Shown piece after piece: positions 25,805-35,189 of a stretch of 64,000 nt of DNA. How positions within the stretch are numbered: position 1 is the first letter of the stretch; each line of letters starts with the position of its first letter. Origin of the DNA: an uncultured Zetaproteobacteria bacterium. GTDB taxonomy: Bacteria > Pseudomonadota > Zetaproteobacteria > Mariprofundales > Mariprofundaceae. The stretch spans positions 299 to 64,298 of the forward strand of contig CAZVLQ010000003.1 of the NCBI GenBank assembly GCA_964628185.1, written 5' to 3'. The notes below the pieces were generated by a model. It made no database searches, was not told the DNA's origin, and saw nothing but the letters and a program-made list of their open reading frames with translations. The position numbers and the translations under genes were made by a program.

Positions 25805-28453
25805 ATGCAGGTTAAGCAGCTTTTTCAGCATCATACGGGCCGCATGCCTGCTCCGGCCCGATGGTATTTGGCGCTTGCGGCGATGGCGGTGCTGATCCTG
25901 CTGGCTGCACATTTTGCCATGCAGGCCCATATTCAGAAGCGGATGCGCGTGGCGGTGGAGGGTATGCTGGCAGAGCTGGGAGGTTCAGCCGAGCAGGTAA
26001 GATATCGCCTGCTGCGCGGCGCCCTGACGGTAAGCGGCGTGCGGGCGGCGCGAAACAAACGGGTGATCGTGGCCCCGCATATCTATTTGCACGCTTCAAC
26101 CAGCAGCATGTTTTCGAAGCACCCGCATTTTTCCGTGATCCGGCTTGATGAAATGGATATTTCGCTGCCCCGGGATAATGCAATCCGCTGGCTTAAGGGT
26201 GAATCCTCCAGTCCGGCGCCACAACTCATTGCTGCAACCGGATACGTGGAGAAAATCATGCTTGAGCATGCCCGGATACGCTTTGCCGGTGATCAGGGCG
26301 GATGGTCGATTCAGGAAATTTCAGGGTGGATTTCCCCCTCGGCATTCAACCTGAGCGGTATCAGCAACGGTGGAGACCTGCACCTGCGTGGAGAAGCGAT
26401 GCCCGGTACGGTCCGGGGGATCTTCAGCTGGGAGCATGTGATTACATTAAGGCTGGCCCGTGCCCTGGGAATCCATGCCCGGCCTGATGGCGCCAGCAGC
26501 GGTATATTGCGCTGGCAGGCCGAAGGCACCGCCCGGCGCCTGAGCGTGCATGGAGAAATTACGCTTCAGGATCAACCGAAAGCGGGTAAAATTACCGTTC
26601 AGGGCCAGGCGGAGTCCGGAAATATCGCCCTGCAGGCTCAATGTGAGGATGTGTCCCTGAGAGGATTCTCCGCATTGCTTCCCGTACTGAATGCCAGGCA
26701 TGTCCAGAGCGGATTCTGGAATGGCGACGTGGCCGTCACCCGCCAGGGAGAAAAAGAACGGCTGCAGGTACGAATGGACGGGGAGATACATCAGCTGCTG
26801 CTGGCTTCAAATGCCTTGCCTGCATGGATACTGAAACATGTGGTCGTATCCAAAGCCGTGGCCGATTTGTCCACCCGCAGCCTGCATGCCGGCCGGGTTG
26901 AGATTCATGGTGCGAAGATAGGCTTGCTGACGGGCAGGGCCGGACAGGTGGAACCGTCATGGAATCTGAAACTGGACAAACTGGAATTTGACGGGACCCG
27001 GCCCATTCTGAGCCTGACTGAGGGAACGGCACAGTTTGTTTTCCCTGCTCTGAAAGGCTCCGGACGCATGACCGGGGATGGCGCATGGACAATCGACGCC
27101 CTCAGCGACGGGGATGAGACATGGAAATTCCACACTGAGGGCCTTCCCGGTGGAAGGGTTACGGCCCGCATTGAGGCCGACCACATTGCCGTGGTGCGGC
27201 TGCGGCCATTTCTGCCGGGCCTCTCCCTGCCGGGGAATACCGGCATGCCACGGCTTGCCGGCAGCGGCCGTCTTCAGCTTGCGGTCACATCCGAAAAAGA
27301 CAGAGCGTGGTTTACGGGACAGGTGGTTTTTTCCGATTTCGCCCTGAGCCAGGGCGGAGACACCTTCTCAGCGGCAACGGCCAGGATAGATATCCAGAGG
27401 GCCGGCATGGTGGAAAAACAGATCCTTGGCCCCGTGCGAATTGAAGGCTGGCACTATCAGGCGGCACTACACCCGATCCCGAGGAGTGTGGACAAGCCCG
27501 CAGTACAGCCCGGGCCGGTGCAACGTCAGGCGCTTCCCTGGCAGGTAGGCGAAATTGTGGCGACGCATGGCGTGCTCAGCGTGGGAAGCAGGCGGTCCGT
27601 ATGGGCACGCAACATCTCCGTCAGTATCAAAGGACTCCAGGCCGGAAAGATGTCTCCGCTGGCGTTGGATGCCTGGTTTGGCGGCGGTTACCTGCGTCTG
27701 CACGGACAGGTGAATCTGTTTTCATCCACCCCGGCAATTCGGCTGAAGGCCAGGCTGAGTGGCGCCCTGCCATTTTTTCTCAATAACTGGCTTGCCGTAT
27801 CCGGCGCTCCACGCCTGCTGCGCGGCCGCCTCGATGGCAGTTTTTCCATCAAACCATTTTCCGGAACAGGCGATTATACCGGCCGCCTTCACCTTGTGCT
27901 GCATCGTGGCCAGTTTGAAGACGGTGCATTTCCACAGGATCCCCTGCTTCCATTGACGGGCTTTGGTATGCGTACGTTGTCTCACCGATTAAGCCGTGGC
28001 CACAGGCTTGAGCTGTCCGTCCCGTTCAAAGGCAAGTGGCGCACGCAACCGTTTTCCCTGCGCAAACTCGGGCTCGCCAGCCTGCAGGTGCTCAAGCAGC
28101 GGGCGGCTTCGGCAAGGCCGCAGCGGCTCGCAGACAACCCGGCGCCGCTTGCCGTAGCGCATGTTCGACTGCAGCAGGGCCGTGCATTTTCGCACAATGA
28201 GCATGCGCGCCTGTGGCAAATCGTCAAATTGATGAAGAAGCATACCGGGCTGATCGTTGAACTGCTCCCCCAGCTGGGACAAAGGCCGCTGGATACGGCA
28301 TGGATTGCACGCGTGCGACATACGCAGGGGATGATTTCGCATTACATGCGCCGGCGCGGCGTTGCCAAGCGCCGAATTTTTCCTGTATGGCCGGGCAATA
28401 AGGCACGGACTTCCGACGCCTCCGGGATCAAAATCGCCGTCCGCCGACCCTGA
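25805..28453 (+). CDS. Large membrane-anchored hypothetical protein (tentatively DUF748/AsmA-like with a degenerate OmpA-like C-terminus)
   Basis: 882 aa. Single N-terminal TM (WYLALAAMAVLILLAAHFA) followed by a long beta-rich region. The family call is from pattern memory only. Confidence 0.45.
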   Translation: MQVKQLFQHHTGRMPAPARWYLALAAMAVLILLAAHFAMQAHIQKRMRVAVEGMLAELGGSAEQVRYRLLRGALTVSGVRAARNKRVIVAPHIYLHASTSSMFSKHPHFSVIRLDEMDISLPRDNAIRWLKGESSSPAPQLIAATGYVEKIMLEHARIRFAGDQGGWSIQEISGWISPSAFNLSGISNGGDLHLRGEAMPGTVRGIFSWEHVITLRLARALGIHARPDGASSGILRWQAEGTARRLSVHGEITLQDQPKAGKITVQGQAESGNIALQAQCEDVSLRGFSALLPVLNARHVQSGFWNGDVAVTRQGEKERLQVRMDGEIHQLLLASNALPAWILKHVVVSKAVADLSTRSLHAGRVEIHGAKIGLLTGRAGQVEPSWNLKLDKLEFDGTRPILSLTEGTAQFVFPALKGSGRMTGDGAWTIDALSDGDETWKFHTEGLPGGRVTARIEADHIAVVRLRPFLPGLSLPGNTGMPRLAGSGRLQLAVTSEKDRAWFTGQVVFSDFALSQGGDTFSAATARIDIQRAGMVEKQILGPVRIEGWHYQAALHPIPRSVDKPAVQPGPVQRQALPWQVGEIVATHGVLSVGSRRSVWARNISVSIKGLQAGKMSPLALDAWFGGGYLRLHGQVNLFSSTPAIRLKARLSGALPFFLNNWLAVSGAPRLLRGRLDGSFSIKPFSGTGDYTGRLHLVLHRGQFEDGAFPQDPLLPLTGFGMRTLSHRLSRGHRLELSVPFKGKWRTQPFSLRKLGLASLQVLKQRAASARPQRLADNPAPLAVAHVRLQQGRAFSHNEHARLWQIVKLMKKHTGLIVELLPQLGQRPLDTAWIARVRHTQGMISHYMRRRGVAKRRIFPVWPGNKARTSDASGIKIAVRRP

Positions 28454-28545
28454 CAGGAACGGGAAATCATCTGCGGCATTCCCCTGGGTCCGGCAGATCT
28501 TTAGTGTTCAATCCGGTTCACAGGGCATTGTCCAAAGGAGTCAAC

Positions 28546-29946
28546 ATGACCGTACGCACGCGCTTCGCCCCCTCACCCACCGGCATGCTGCATATCGGCG
28601 GCGCCCGCACAGCGCTGTTTTCATGGCTGCATGCGCGTCATCACGGCGGCAGCTTTGTCCTGCGCATCGAGGATACGGATCGCGAACGTTCCAGCGAGGA
28701 GGCAACGCGCGTTATTCTGGACGGGCTCGCCTGGCTGGGACTGGACTGGGATGGCGATGTCGTCTATCAAAGCCGGAACCACGACAGGCATGTGGCCGCG
28801 GTGGAGCGTCTGATTGCGGAAGACAGGGCCTATCGCTGTTATTGCAGCAAGCAGGAACTGGACGCCATGCGCGAGGCGCAGCGGGCGGCGGGCAGAAAGC
28901 CGATGTATGACGGCCGTTGCCGGAACCGTCCGCATCAGCCCGAAGACGTCCCGCATGTGATCCGTTTCCGCTCGCCTGATACGGGTGAAACCGTTGTGCA
29001 TGATCTGGTGCTCGGCGACGTGCGTTTCGACAATCGCGAACTGGATGACCTGATTCTCATGCGTTCGGACGGTTCTCCCACCTACAATCTCGCCGTGGTG
29101 GTGGATGATGCGGACATGGGCATCACGCACGTCATCCGCGGCTCCGATCATCTGAACAACACACCGCGCCAGATACAGCTTTATGAAGCACTGGGATTAG
29201 CCGTGCCCGATTTTGCCCACATTCCGCTGATCCACGGGCCGGACGGCGCCAAGATGTCCAAGCGGCATGGCGCCGTCGCCGTGACGGAATACAGAAAAGC
29301 CGGCTATCTGGCGGACGCCGTAGTCAATTATCTTGCCCGGCTGGGCTGGTCGCATGGCGATGAAGAGGTGTTCGATCGCGCACGACTTATCGCGTTGTTC
29401 GACGTACGTGACGTGGGGAAAACCGCGGCGCGCTTCGATCAGGCCAGGCTGGACTGGCTCAACGCACATTATCTGCGTACCGCCAAACCTGAAACTTTGC
29501 GACATGAAGTGGGGGAGCGCCTCATCAGCCACGGCATCAGGGTGGCCAGAGACCCGGATATCTCGCATGTCATCGCCGCTCTGCAGGAACGCAGCCGCAA
29601 TCTGATCGAACTGAGCGAGGGTGCGCGCATGTTTTATGCGGCGCCGGAAACATACGATGGAAAAGCGGTGAAAAAGAATTTCAGGGATACCACCTGGCCG
29701 CTGCTGGATGATTTTGTCGGGCGGGCCGAAGGTCTTGAGGCATGGGATGCGGTGATGATTCACGCCCTGTTCGCCGAAATTTGCGAATCGCATGAAGTTA
29801 AACTGGGGAAGCTGGCACAGCCTGTCCGCATCCTCGTTTCCGGCGGCCCGGTTTCTCCACCGATAGACGCCACCCTTGCCCTGCTCGGGCGAGAAGAATC
29901 CCTGCGCAGGATACGGCGGGGCATGGCACGCCTGCACACATCATAA
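28546..29946 (+). CDS. gltX: Glutamate--tRNA ligase
   Basis: AAAGGAG RBS upstream. Motifs RFAPSPTGMLHIGGARTA (HIGH) and KMSKRHG (KMSKS). Confidence 0.95.
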   Translation: MTVRTRFAPSPTGMLHIGGARTALFSWLHARHHGGSFVLRIEDTDRERSSEEATRVILDGLAWLGLDWDGDVVYQSRNHDRHVAAVERLIAEDRAYRCYCSKQELDAMREAQRAAGRKPMYDGRCRNRPHQPEDVPHVIRFRSPDTGETVVHDLVLGDVRFDNRELDDLILMRSDGSPTYNLAVVVDDADMGITHVIRGSDHLNNTPRQIQLYEALGLAVPDFAHIPLIHGPDGAKMSKRHGAVAVTEYRKAGYLADAVVNYLARLGWSHGDEEVFDRARLIALFDVRDVGKTAARFDQARLDWLNAHYLRTAKPETLRHEVGERLISHGIRVARDPDISHVIAALQERSRNLIELSEGARMFYAAPETYDGKAVKKNFRDTTWPLLDDFVGRAEGLEAWDAVMIHALFAEICESHEVKLGKLAQPVRILVSGGPVSPPIDATLALLGREESLRRIRRGMARLHTS

Positions 29947-29996
29947 ACCTGGGAGTCTCTGAATAACTCATTCATGGTCGCGCCAATGTTATATTC

Positions 29997-30066
29997 CAGA
30001 AGACGGAAGACAGGGGGACAGATGACAGAAGACACGAATGAACCTGACCCCTGATCCCTGACCTCT
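29997..30066. repeat. Degenerate 7-nt-periodic repeat patch (purine-rich arm followed by pyrimidine-rich arm)
   Basis: CAGAAGA CGGAAGA CAGGGGG ACAGATG ACAGAAG ACACGAA TGAACCT GACCCCT GATCCCT GACCTCT. The arms are about 15/26 reverse-complementary. Confidence 0.45.
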
Positions 30067-30070
30067 GGAT

Positions 30071-30159
30071 TGCCCGATCAACCAGCCTGCTCAAGCCTGA
30101 ATTCCCTGTCTGCGTGCAACGCACAGGCAGGCGAATCCTTCATGCAATATGCGGGCTAG
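30071..30159. mobile_element. Truncated copy of MITE-like family A (right-hand ~90 bp) carrying a ~27-nt palindromic insertion
   Basis: TGCCCGATCAACCAGCCTGCTCAAGCCTGAATTCC...GAATCCTTCATGCAATATGCGGGCTAG matches the right end of 54699..54950. An extra CTGTCTGCGTGCAACGCACAGGCAGGC is inserted within it. Confidence 0.75.
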
Positions 30160-30426
30160 GAGCCTGTCGGACTTAGGGGAATCGTAGCGAGCAGGAGCAA
30201 GCGGCGCTGTCCCGCCGCGCGATAGCTCAAGAACAAACCCAAAATAGCATGATTGTGACTCAGGCTTTCAGCCCTCGGGGCTTGCGCCCCGCCCTTACGT
30301 GCGTCCAAACGGCCTGCGGCCTTTTTGTGAGGCGCATAGTGGTAACTATGTAACGAAAATACGGAGTTTTTTGGACCGCTCTCCCTGCCGCGCAGTAGAT
30401 TTCTCATAAGTCCGACAGGCTCCTAG
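30156..30426. mobile_element. MITE-like repeat family B, complete copy (271 bp)
   Basis: Perfect 20-bp terminal inverted repeats CTAGGAGCCTGTCGGACTTA / TAAGTCCGACAGGCTCCTAG, with imperfect subterminal extension. Shares its left CTAG with the family-A fragment. Confidence 0.85.
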
Positions 30427-30737
30427 GCGTCTATATCAACCTGGAGCATCCCGTTGCTGACACGCACCGGGAATGTTTCTACATCCTCATAGGCCGGCGG
30501 AGACAGCACCTTGCCGGTTCTGATGCAGAAACGGGCGCCGTGACGCGGACAGACAATCTGATCACCTTTACGTACGCCGCTGGCCAGTTCACCGCCGTCG
30601 TGCGTGCACACATCCGCGATGGCGTAACATTCGCCATCCAGGTTAAATACGGCGATTGGCCCGATTTCCGTGCTGACCACCTTGCGTGAACCCGGCGGCA
30701 ATTCCGGTTGTGGTGCGATTTCGATCCATTCAGCCAT
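30423..30737 (-). CDS. Rieske [2Fe-2S] ferredoxin-like protein (suf-operon associated)
   Basis: 104 aa with the Rieske motifs CTHDGGEL and CPRHGARF. Confidence 0.88.
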   Translation of the reverse strand: MAEWIEIAPQPELPPGSRKVVSTEIGPIAVFNLDGECYAIADVCTHDGGELASGVRKGDQIVCPRHGARFCIRTGKVLSPPAYEDVETFPVRVSNGMLQVDIDA

Positions 30738-31333
30738 CAGAACATTCCCAGTTGCAGCTTCGCGGTCTCACTCATCATGGAGCGATCCCACGGCGGATCG
30801 AAAACCAGCTCTACATTCACCTGCGTCACATTTTTTACCGTTAGCAGCCTGGCGCGCACGTCCTCCACCAGGACCGGGCCCATGCCACAGCCGGGCGCGG
30901 TCAGCGTCATCACCACGTTCACGCAGTTGCCCTCGTTAAGCGGCTTGATTTCGCAGTGATAGATCAACCCCAGATCAACGATATTGACCGGAATCTCGGG
31001 ATCGTAGCAACCGGAAAGTGCTTCCCAGACTGCATCCTCATCCACGGGCCCGCCGGCCTTTTCAGATGTTTCGGGTAAAAAGGGGGCAGTTTCACTTTTT
31101 CGTTCCGAAGAAAGTAAACTGTCCCCTTTCTTACCTTCGATTCCGAGGGCATCTGCGTCGCAGCTCGCGATACGGGCCAGATTGCCATTGATATTTACCG
31201 TATAGGAACCGCCCAGCGCCTGCGTGATCATCACCCGGCTGCCTTCGGGAATTGTAACCTTCGTACCGACCGGTATCAGCGTCGCTTCGCAATCACGTAA
31301 TATGTTCCTCATTTCTCCAAGATGCGCCAACAT
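30737..31333 (-). CDS. sufT: Fe-S cluster assembly protein SufT (DUF59/MIP18 domain, long form)
   Basis: 198 aa. C-terminal DUF59 domain (YDPEIPVNIVDLGLIY, TLTAPGCGMG). Confidence 0.8.
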   Translation of the reverse strand: MLAHLGEMRNILRDCEATLIPVGTKVTIPEGSRVMITQALGGSYTVNINGNLARIASCDADALGIEGKKGDSLLSSERKSETAPFLPETSEKAGGPVDEDAVWEALSGCYDPEIPVNIVDLGLIYHCEIKPLNEGNCVNVVMTLTAPGCGMGPVLVEDVRARLLTVKNVTQVNVELVFDPPWDRSMMSETAKLQLGMF

Positions 31334-31337
31334 ATTC

Positions 31338-31796
31338 CTACTCCGTGCTTACGGAGGATTCTTCGCCCGTCAGGGCTGCATTCAGGGTGTGCCAGCACAG
31401 GGTTGCGCACTTGATGCGCGAGGGAAATTCACGCACTCCGCCCAGTACCGCAAGTTTGCCCAATGCTTCCGTAACAGGCGCTTCGGAAACATCGGAGGTG
31501 ACCATGGCATGAAATTTCCGGAATAATTCGGCCGCTTCATCCACGCGCTTGCCTTTAAGCTGTTCGGTCATCAGGGATGCTGAAGCGGTAGAGATCGCAC
31601 AACCCGAACCCTCAAAACTGACATCCTCGATCACACCCGCATCATCCAGTTTCAGATACAGCATGAGCCTGTCTCCGCACAGCGGATTGAAGCCCTCGGC
31701 CCTGTTCGTGGCGTCGGGCATGGCGTGAAAATTGCGCGGGCTCTTGTTGTGATCCACGATCACCTGCTGATATAAATCCCTCAGATCAAACATCAA
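31338..31796 (-). CDS. sufU: SufU-type (NifU N-terminal-like) sulfur-transfer/scaffold protein
   Basis: 152 aa. Motifs LYQQVIVDHNKSPRNF, NPLCGD, GSGCAISTASASLM and KCATLCW. Confidence 0.88.
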   Translation of the reverse strand: MMFDLRDLYQQVIVDHNKSPRNFHAMPDATNRAEGFNPLCGDRLMLYLKLDDAGVIEDVSFEGSGCAISTASASLMTEQLKGKRVDEAAELFRKFHAMVTSDVSEAPVTEALGKLAVLGGVREFPSRIKCATLCWHTLNAALTGEESSVSTE

Positions 31797-33040
31797 GAGA
31801 ATATTTCCTTCGCTTTTTCAAGCGCGGCAAACAATGCATCCACTTCTTCCACCGTATTATAGGCGGCAAAGGAGGCACGCGCCGTAGCCGGCACGCCGAA
31901 AAATTCCATGACAGGCATGGCGCAATGATGTCCGGCGCGGATAGCCACGCCTTCACGGTCCAGAATGGTGCCCAGATCATGCGCATGCACGCCTTCCAGC
32001 GTAAAGGACAGGATACTGGCCTTGCGCCGCGCCGCGCCGATCAGGCGCAGGCCGGGAAATGCTTCCGCACGGGACGTGGCATAGTCCAGCAGTGCATGCT
32101 CGTGGTCGGCGATGGCCGAAAGGCCCACATGGTCAATCCAGTCCATGGCGTGGCCAAAGCCAATAACGCCGGCAATGTTCGGCGTGCCAGCCTCAAATCT
32201 GTAGGGCAGTGTATTGTATTCGGTTTTCTCGAACGTCACCATGCGAATCATGTCGCCGCCGCCCTGATAAGGGGGCATCTTTTCCAACAAGGTTTCCCTG
32301 GCATACAGGACGCCGGTTCCGGTGGGACCATACATCTTGTGAGCGCTCATGGCGTAAAAATCCGCATCCAGCGCCTGCATATCCACATTCAGGTGCGCCG
32401 CCGCCTGCGCTCCGTCCAGCAGCACGGGCGCACCCGCCTGATGCGCCAATGTGATCATTTTTTCTACCGGATTGATCGTGCCCAGCGCATTGGACAGATG
32501 CGACACCGCCACCATGCGGGTGCGAGAGGACAGCAGGCGTTCAAATTCCTCCAGGATTACCTCGCCACGATCATTGATGGGCGCCACCACGAGCTTCGCA
32601 CCCGTCTGCCGGCACAGCAATTGCCAGGGCACAATGTTTGAATGATGTTCCAACCCGGTAATCAGCACCTCGTCGCCGACCCCTATATGCTCCCGACCGT
32701 AGGTTGCGGCTACCAGATTAATCGCCTCGGTGGCGCCGCGCACGAACACGATTTCACGCGTGGAACGGGCGTTGATAAATCTACGCACCTTATCGCGCGC
32801 GGCCTCATATGCATCGGTCGCTTTTTCGCTCAGAAAATGCACGCCGCGATGGATATTTGAATTTTCATGTTCATAGTAGCGGCTCAGCGCCTCAATGACG
32901 CAGCCTGGTTTTTGCGTGGTAGCCGCATTGTCGAGATAGGCCAGCGGATGGCCATACACCTGCTGATGCAGGATGGGGAAGTCCGCCCGGACAGCTTCCA
33001 CGTCGTAGACCGTCGCATTTTTCACCATCTGCATGCTCAT
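31793..33040 (-). CDS. sufS: Cysteine desulfurase SufS
   Basis: 415 aa. Motifs YLDNAATTQKP, SAHKMYGPTGTG and RAGHHCA. Confidence 0.95.
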   Translation of the reverse strand: MSMQMVKNATVYDVEAVRADFPILHQQVYGHPLAYLDNAATTQKPGCVIEALSRYYEHENSNIHRGVHFLSEKATDAYEAARDKVRRFINARSTREIVFVRGATEAINLVAATYGREHIGVGDEVLITGLEHHSNIVPWQLLCRQTGAKLVVAPINDRGEVILEEFERLLSSRTRMVAVSHLSNALGTINPVEKMITLAHQAGAPVLLDGAQAAAHLNVDMQALDADFYAMSAHKMYGPTGTGVLYARETLLEKMPPYQGGGDMIRMVTFEKTEYNTLPYRFEAGTPNIAGVIGFGHAMDWIDHVGLSAIADHEHALLDYATSRAEAFPGLRLIGAARRKASILSFTLEGVHAHDLGTILDREGVAIRAGHHCAMPVMEFFGVPATARASFAAYNTVEEVDALFAALEKAKEIFS

Positions 33041-34386
33041 ACTAGCGCCTCCAGTTCATCGCCCTGCGGCAGGTGCTTCAGAGCAGCCCGTTCCAGATGA
33101 CGCCGCACCACCGCAAGACCCATGCGGGCAAGCGCGCCATCGGCGAACGCATAGGTGAGCACGTTGCGGGCCGAGGCCTCGTCAAGCCCTCTGCTTCGAA
33201 GATAAAAAAGTTGTTCAAGATCAATCTGGCCGACCGTTGCGCCGTGGGCGCATTTGACGTCATCGGCATAAATTTCCAGTTCCGGCTTGGTGTCCACCTC
33301 GGCATGACGCGAAAGCAACAGGTTGCCGTTGGACTGGCGCGCATCCGTTCCGTCCGCACCCTCATGCACGATCACCCTGCCATTGAACACGGCATGGGAG
33401 CGGCCGGAAAGTACGCCCCTGTAATATTCCTCACTGGTGCAATCCGGTGCTTCATGATCAATGCGGGTGTGATAGTCCACATGCTGACGTCCCGACGTCA
33501 GATACATGCCGGTCAGGGTGCAGGATGCGCCCTTGCCGGCAAGCCGGGCGTGGATATCCGTGCGCGCCAGGGATGCGCCCAGCGCCACGGCGTATGAGGC
33601 GAAACGGCTTCCTTCCTTCTGCCGGCAACAAACATTCCCCACATGGAAGGCATGCGCACCCTGCCGCTGCAACCTGTAGTGCGCAATCGAAGCGCCGGCA
33701 GCCAGATCAATCCGTGTTTCCGAAAGCGTCAGCCCGGAGGCATTATCTTCACCCACATAGGATTCAATCACCGTGGCCTTGCCGCCGGCACCGATCACGA
33801 CGGGATTCATCAGCGGCGCCAGCGCGGAAGCGCCATCGTCGTCGGATATAAAATACAGGTGAATGGGCCTCTCCATCTGGATACCGGCATCCACAATGAC
33901 GCAGGCACCGTCCCGCATGAAGGCGGCATTCAGGGCGGCGAACCCAGCCGTTTCACTGGCCGGTGGCAGGTACGGTTGCACGACGGGCGCTTCGGTCTCC
34001 AGAAGCCCCGCCAGGCTTGCCACGCGCACCCCGGCGGGCAGATTATCCAGACGCGACAGCGACGCATTGAACAGTCCGTTTACGAATACCATGCGATGGC
34101 AGTCCATCTCCTCGATTGCGCCGGCGGACAAGAGGTGTTCTTGCGGCTGCCGTGCTTCACCGAGCGTAAAACCCGTTTCGGCGATACGCCGCACATCGGT
34201 GTATTTCCACGCTTCCTGCCGGATAGTGGGAAAGCCCGTTTCCTCAAAGCGACGCATGGCCTGCCGGCGAAAACGGCGGATCCACGGCGAAGCATGCGCC
34301 GGCGCATATGCGTCAAACAGCGCCCGTATCCGCTCAACGGGGCTCATTTCAGCAGTCTGAACGGCAACGCCTGCGCCATTATTCAT
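33037..34386 (-). CDS. sufD: Fe-S cluster assembly protein SufD
   Basis: 449 aa between sufC and sufS. C-terminal beta-helix region with ...EVDTKPELEIYADDVKCAHGATVGQ. Confidence 0.9.
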   Translation of the reverse strand: MNNGAGVAVQTAEMSPVERIRALFDAYAPAHASPWIRRFRRQAMRRFEETGFPTIRQEAWKYTDVRRIAETGFTLGEARQPQEHLLSAGAIEEMDCHRMVFVNGLFNASLSRLDNLPAGVRVASLAGLLETEAPVVQPYLPPASETAGFAALNAAFMRDGACVIVDAGIQMERPIHLYFISDDDGASALAPLMNPVVIGAGGKATVIESYVGEDNASGLTLSETRIDLAAGASIAHYRLQRQGAHAFHVGNVCCRQKEGSRFASYAVALGASLARTDIHARLAGKGASCTLTGMYLTSGRQHVDYHTRIDHEAPDCTSEEYYRGVLSGRSHAVFNGRVIVHEGADGTDARQSNGNLLLSRHAEVDTKPELEIYADDVKCAHGATVGQIDLEQLFYLRSRGLDEASARNVLTYAFADGALARMGLAVVRRHLERAALKHLPQGDELEALV

Positions 34387-35138
34387 GCCGCCGCCTCTTC
34401 CTGCCTGACCCAGTCATAGCCGCGCGCTTCAAGCTCCAGCGCCAGTGATTTGTCGCCGGATTTCAGAATACGGCCATCGGCCAGCACATGCACGCGGTCC
34501 GGTTCGATATAACCCAGCAGGCGCTGGTAATGCGTAACCATGATGATGGCGCGCGCACTGCTTCTGAGCGCATTGACGCCGCCCGCCACCACCTTCAGTG
34601 CATCGATATCCAGGCCGGAATCGGTCTCATCCAGAATGGCGAGCCTCGGTTCAAGCACCGCCATCTGGAAAATTTCATTGCGCTTTTTCTCGCCACCGGA
34701 AAAACCTTCATTGACGGAGCGGGACAACAGCGATTCATCCATATCCACCAGTTTCATCTTCTCCCGGATAATGGCCATGAAATCCATGGCATCCAGTTCC
34801 GGCTCGCCGTGATGCACGCGGATGGCATTCAGACCGGCCTTGAGCAGGTAAACATTGTTCACGCCGGGGATTTCCACCGGGTACTGAAAGGCAAGAAAAA
34901 TACCTTCCCAGGCGCGTGCTTCCGGGCTTAGCTCCAGCAGATTTTCGCCCTGATAAGTCACCGAACCGCTTGTCACCTCATAGCCGGGCCGACCGGCAAT
35001 AATGTTGGACAGCGTGCTCTTGCCGGAGCCGTTGGGGCCCATGATGGCATGCACCTCGCCGGCATGAACCTCAAGGTCAACCCCCTTCAGGATTTCCTTG
35101 CCATCCACGCTGGCATGCAGATTTTCAATCTTCAGCAT
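34383..35138 (-). CDS. sufC: Fe-S cluster assembly ATPase SufC
   Basis: 251 aa. Walker A GPNGSGKST, ABC signature FSGGEKKR and Walker B ILDETDSGLD. Confidence 0.96.
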   Translation of the reverse strand: MLKIENLHASVDGKEILKGVDLEVHAGEVHAIMGPNGSGKSTLSNIIAGRPGYEVTSGSVTYQGENLLELSPEARAWEGIFLAFQYPVEIPGVNNVYLLKAGLNAIRVHHGEPELDAMDFMAIIREKMKLVDMDESLLSRSVNEGFSGGEKKRNEIFQMAVLEPRLAILDETDSGLDIDALKVVAGGVNALRSSARAIIMVTHYQRLLGYIEPDRVHVLADGRILKSGDKSLALELEARGYDWVRQEEAAA

Positions 35139-35189
35139 TGTTCAATTCCTTTTCTTTGTGTCTCCGTGCCTTTGTGGTTCATCTTGCCT

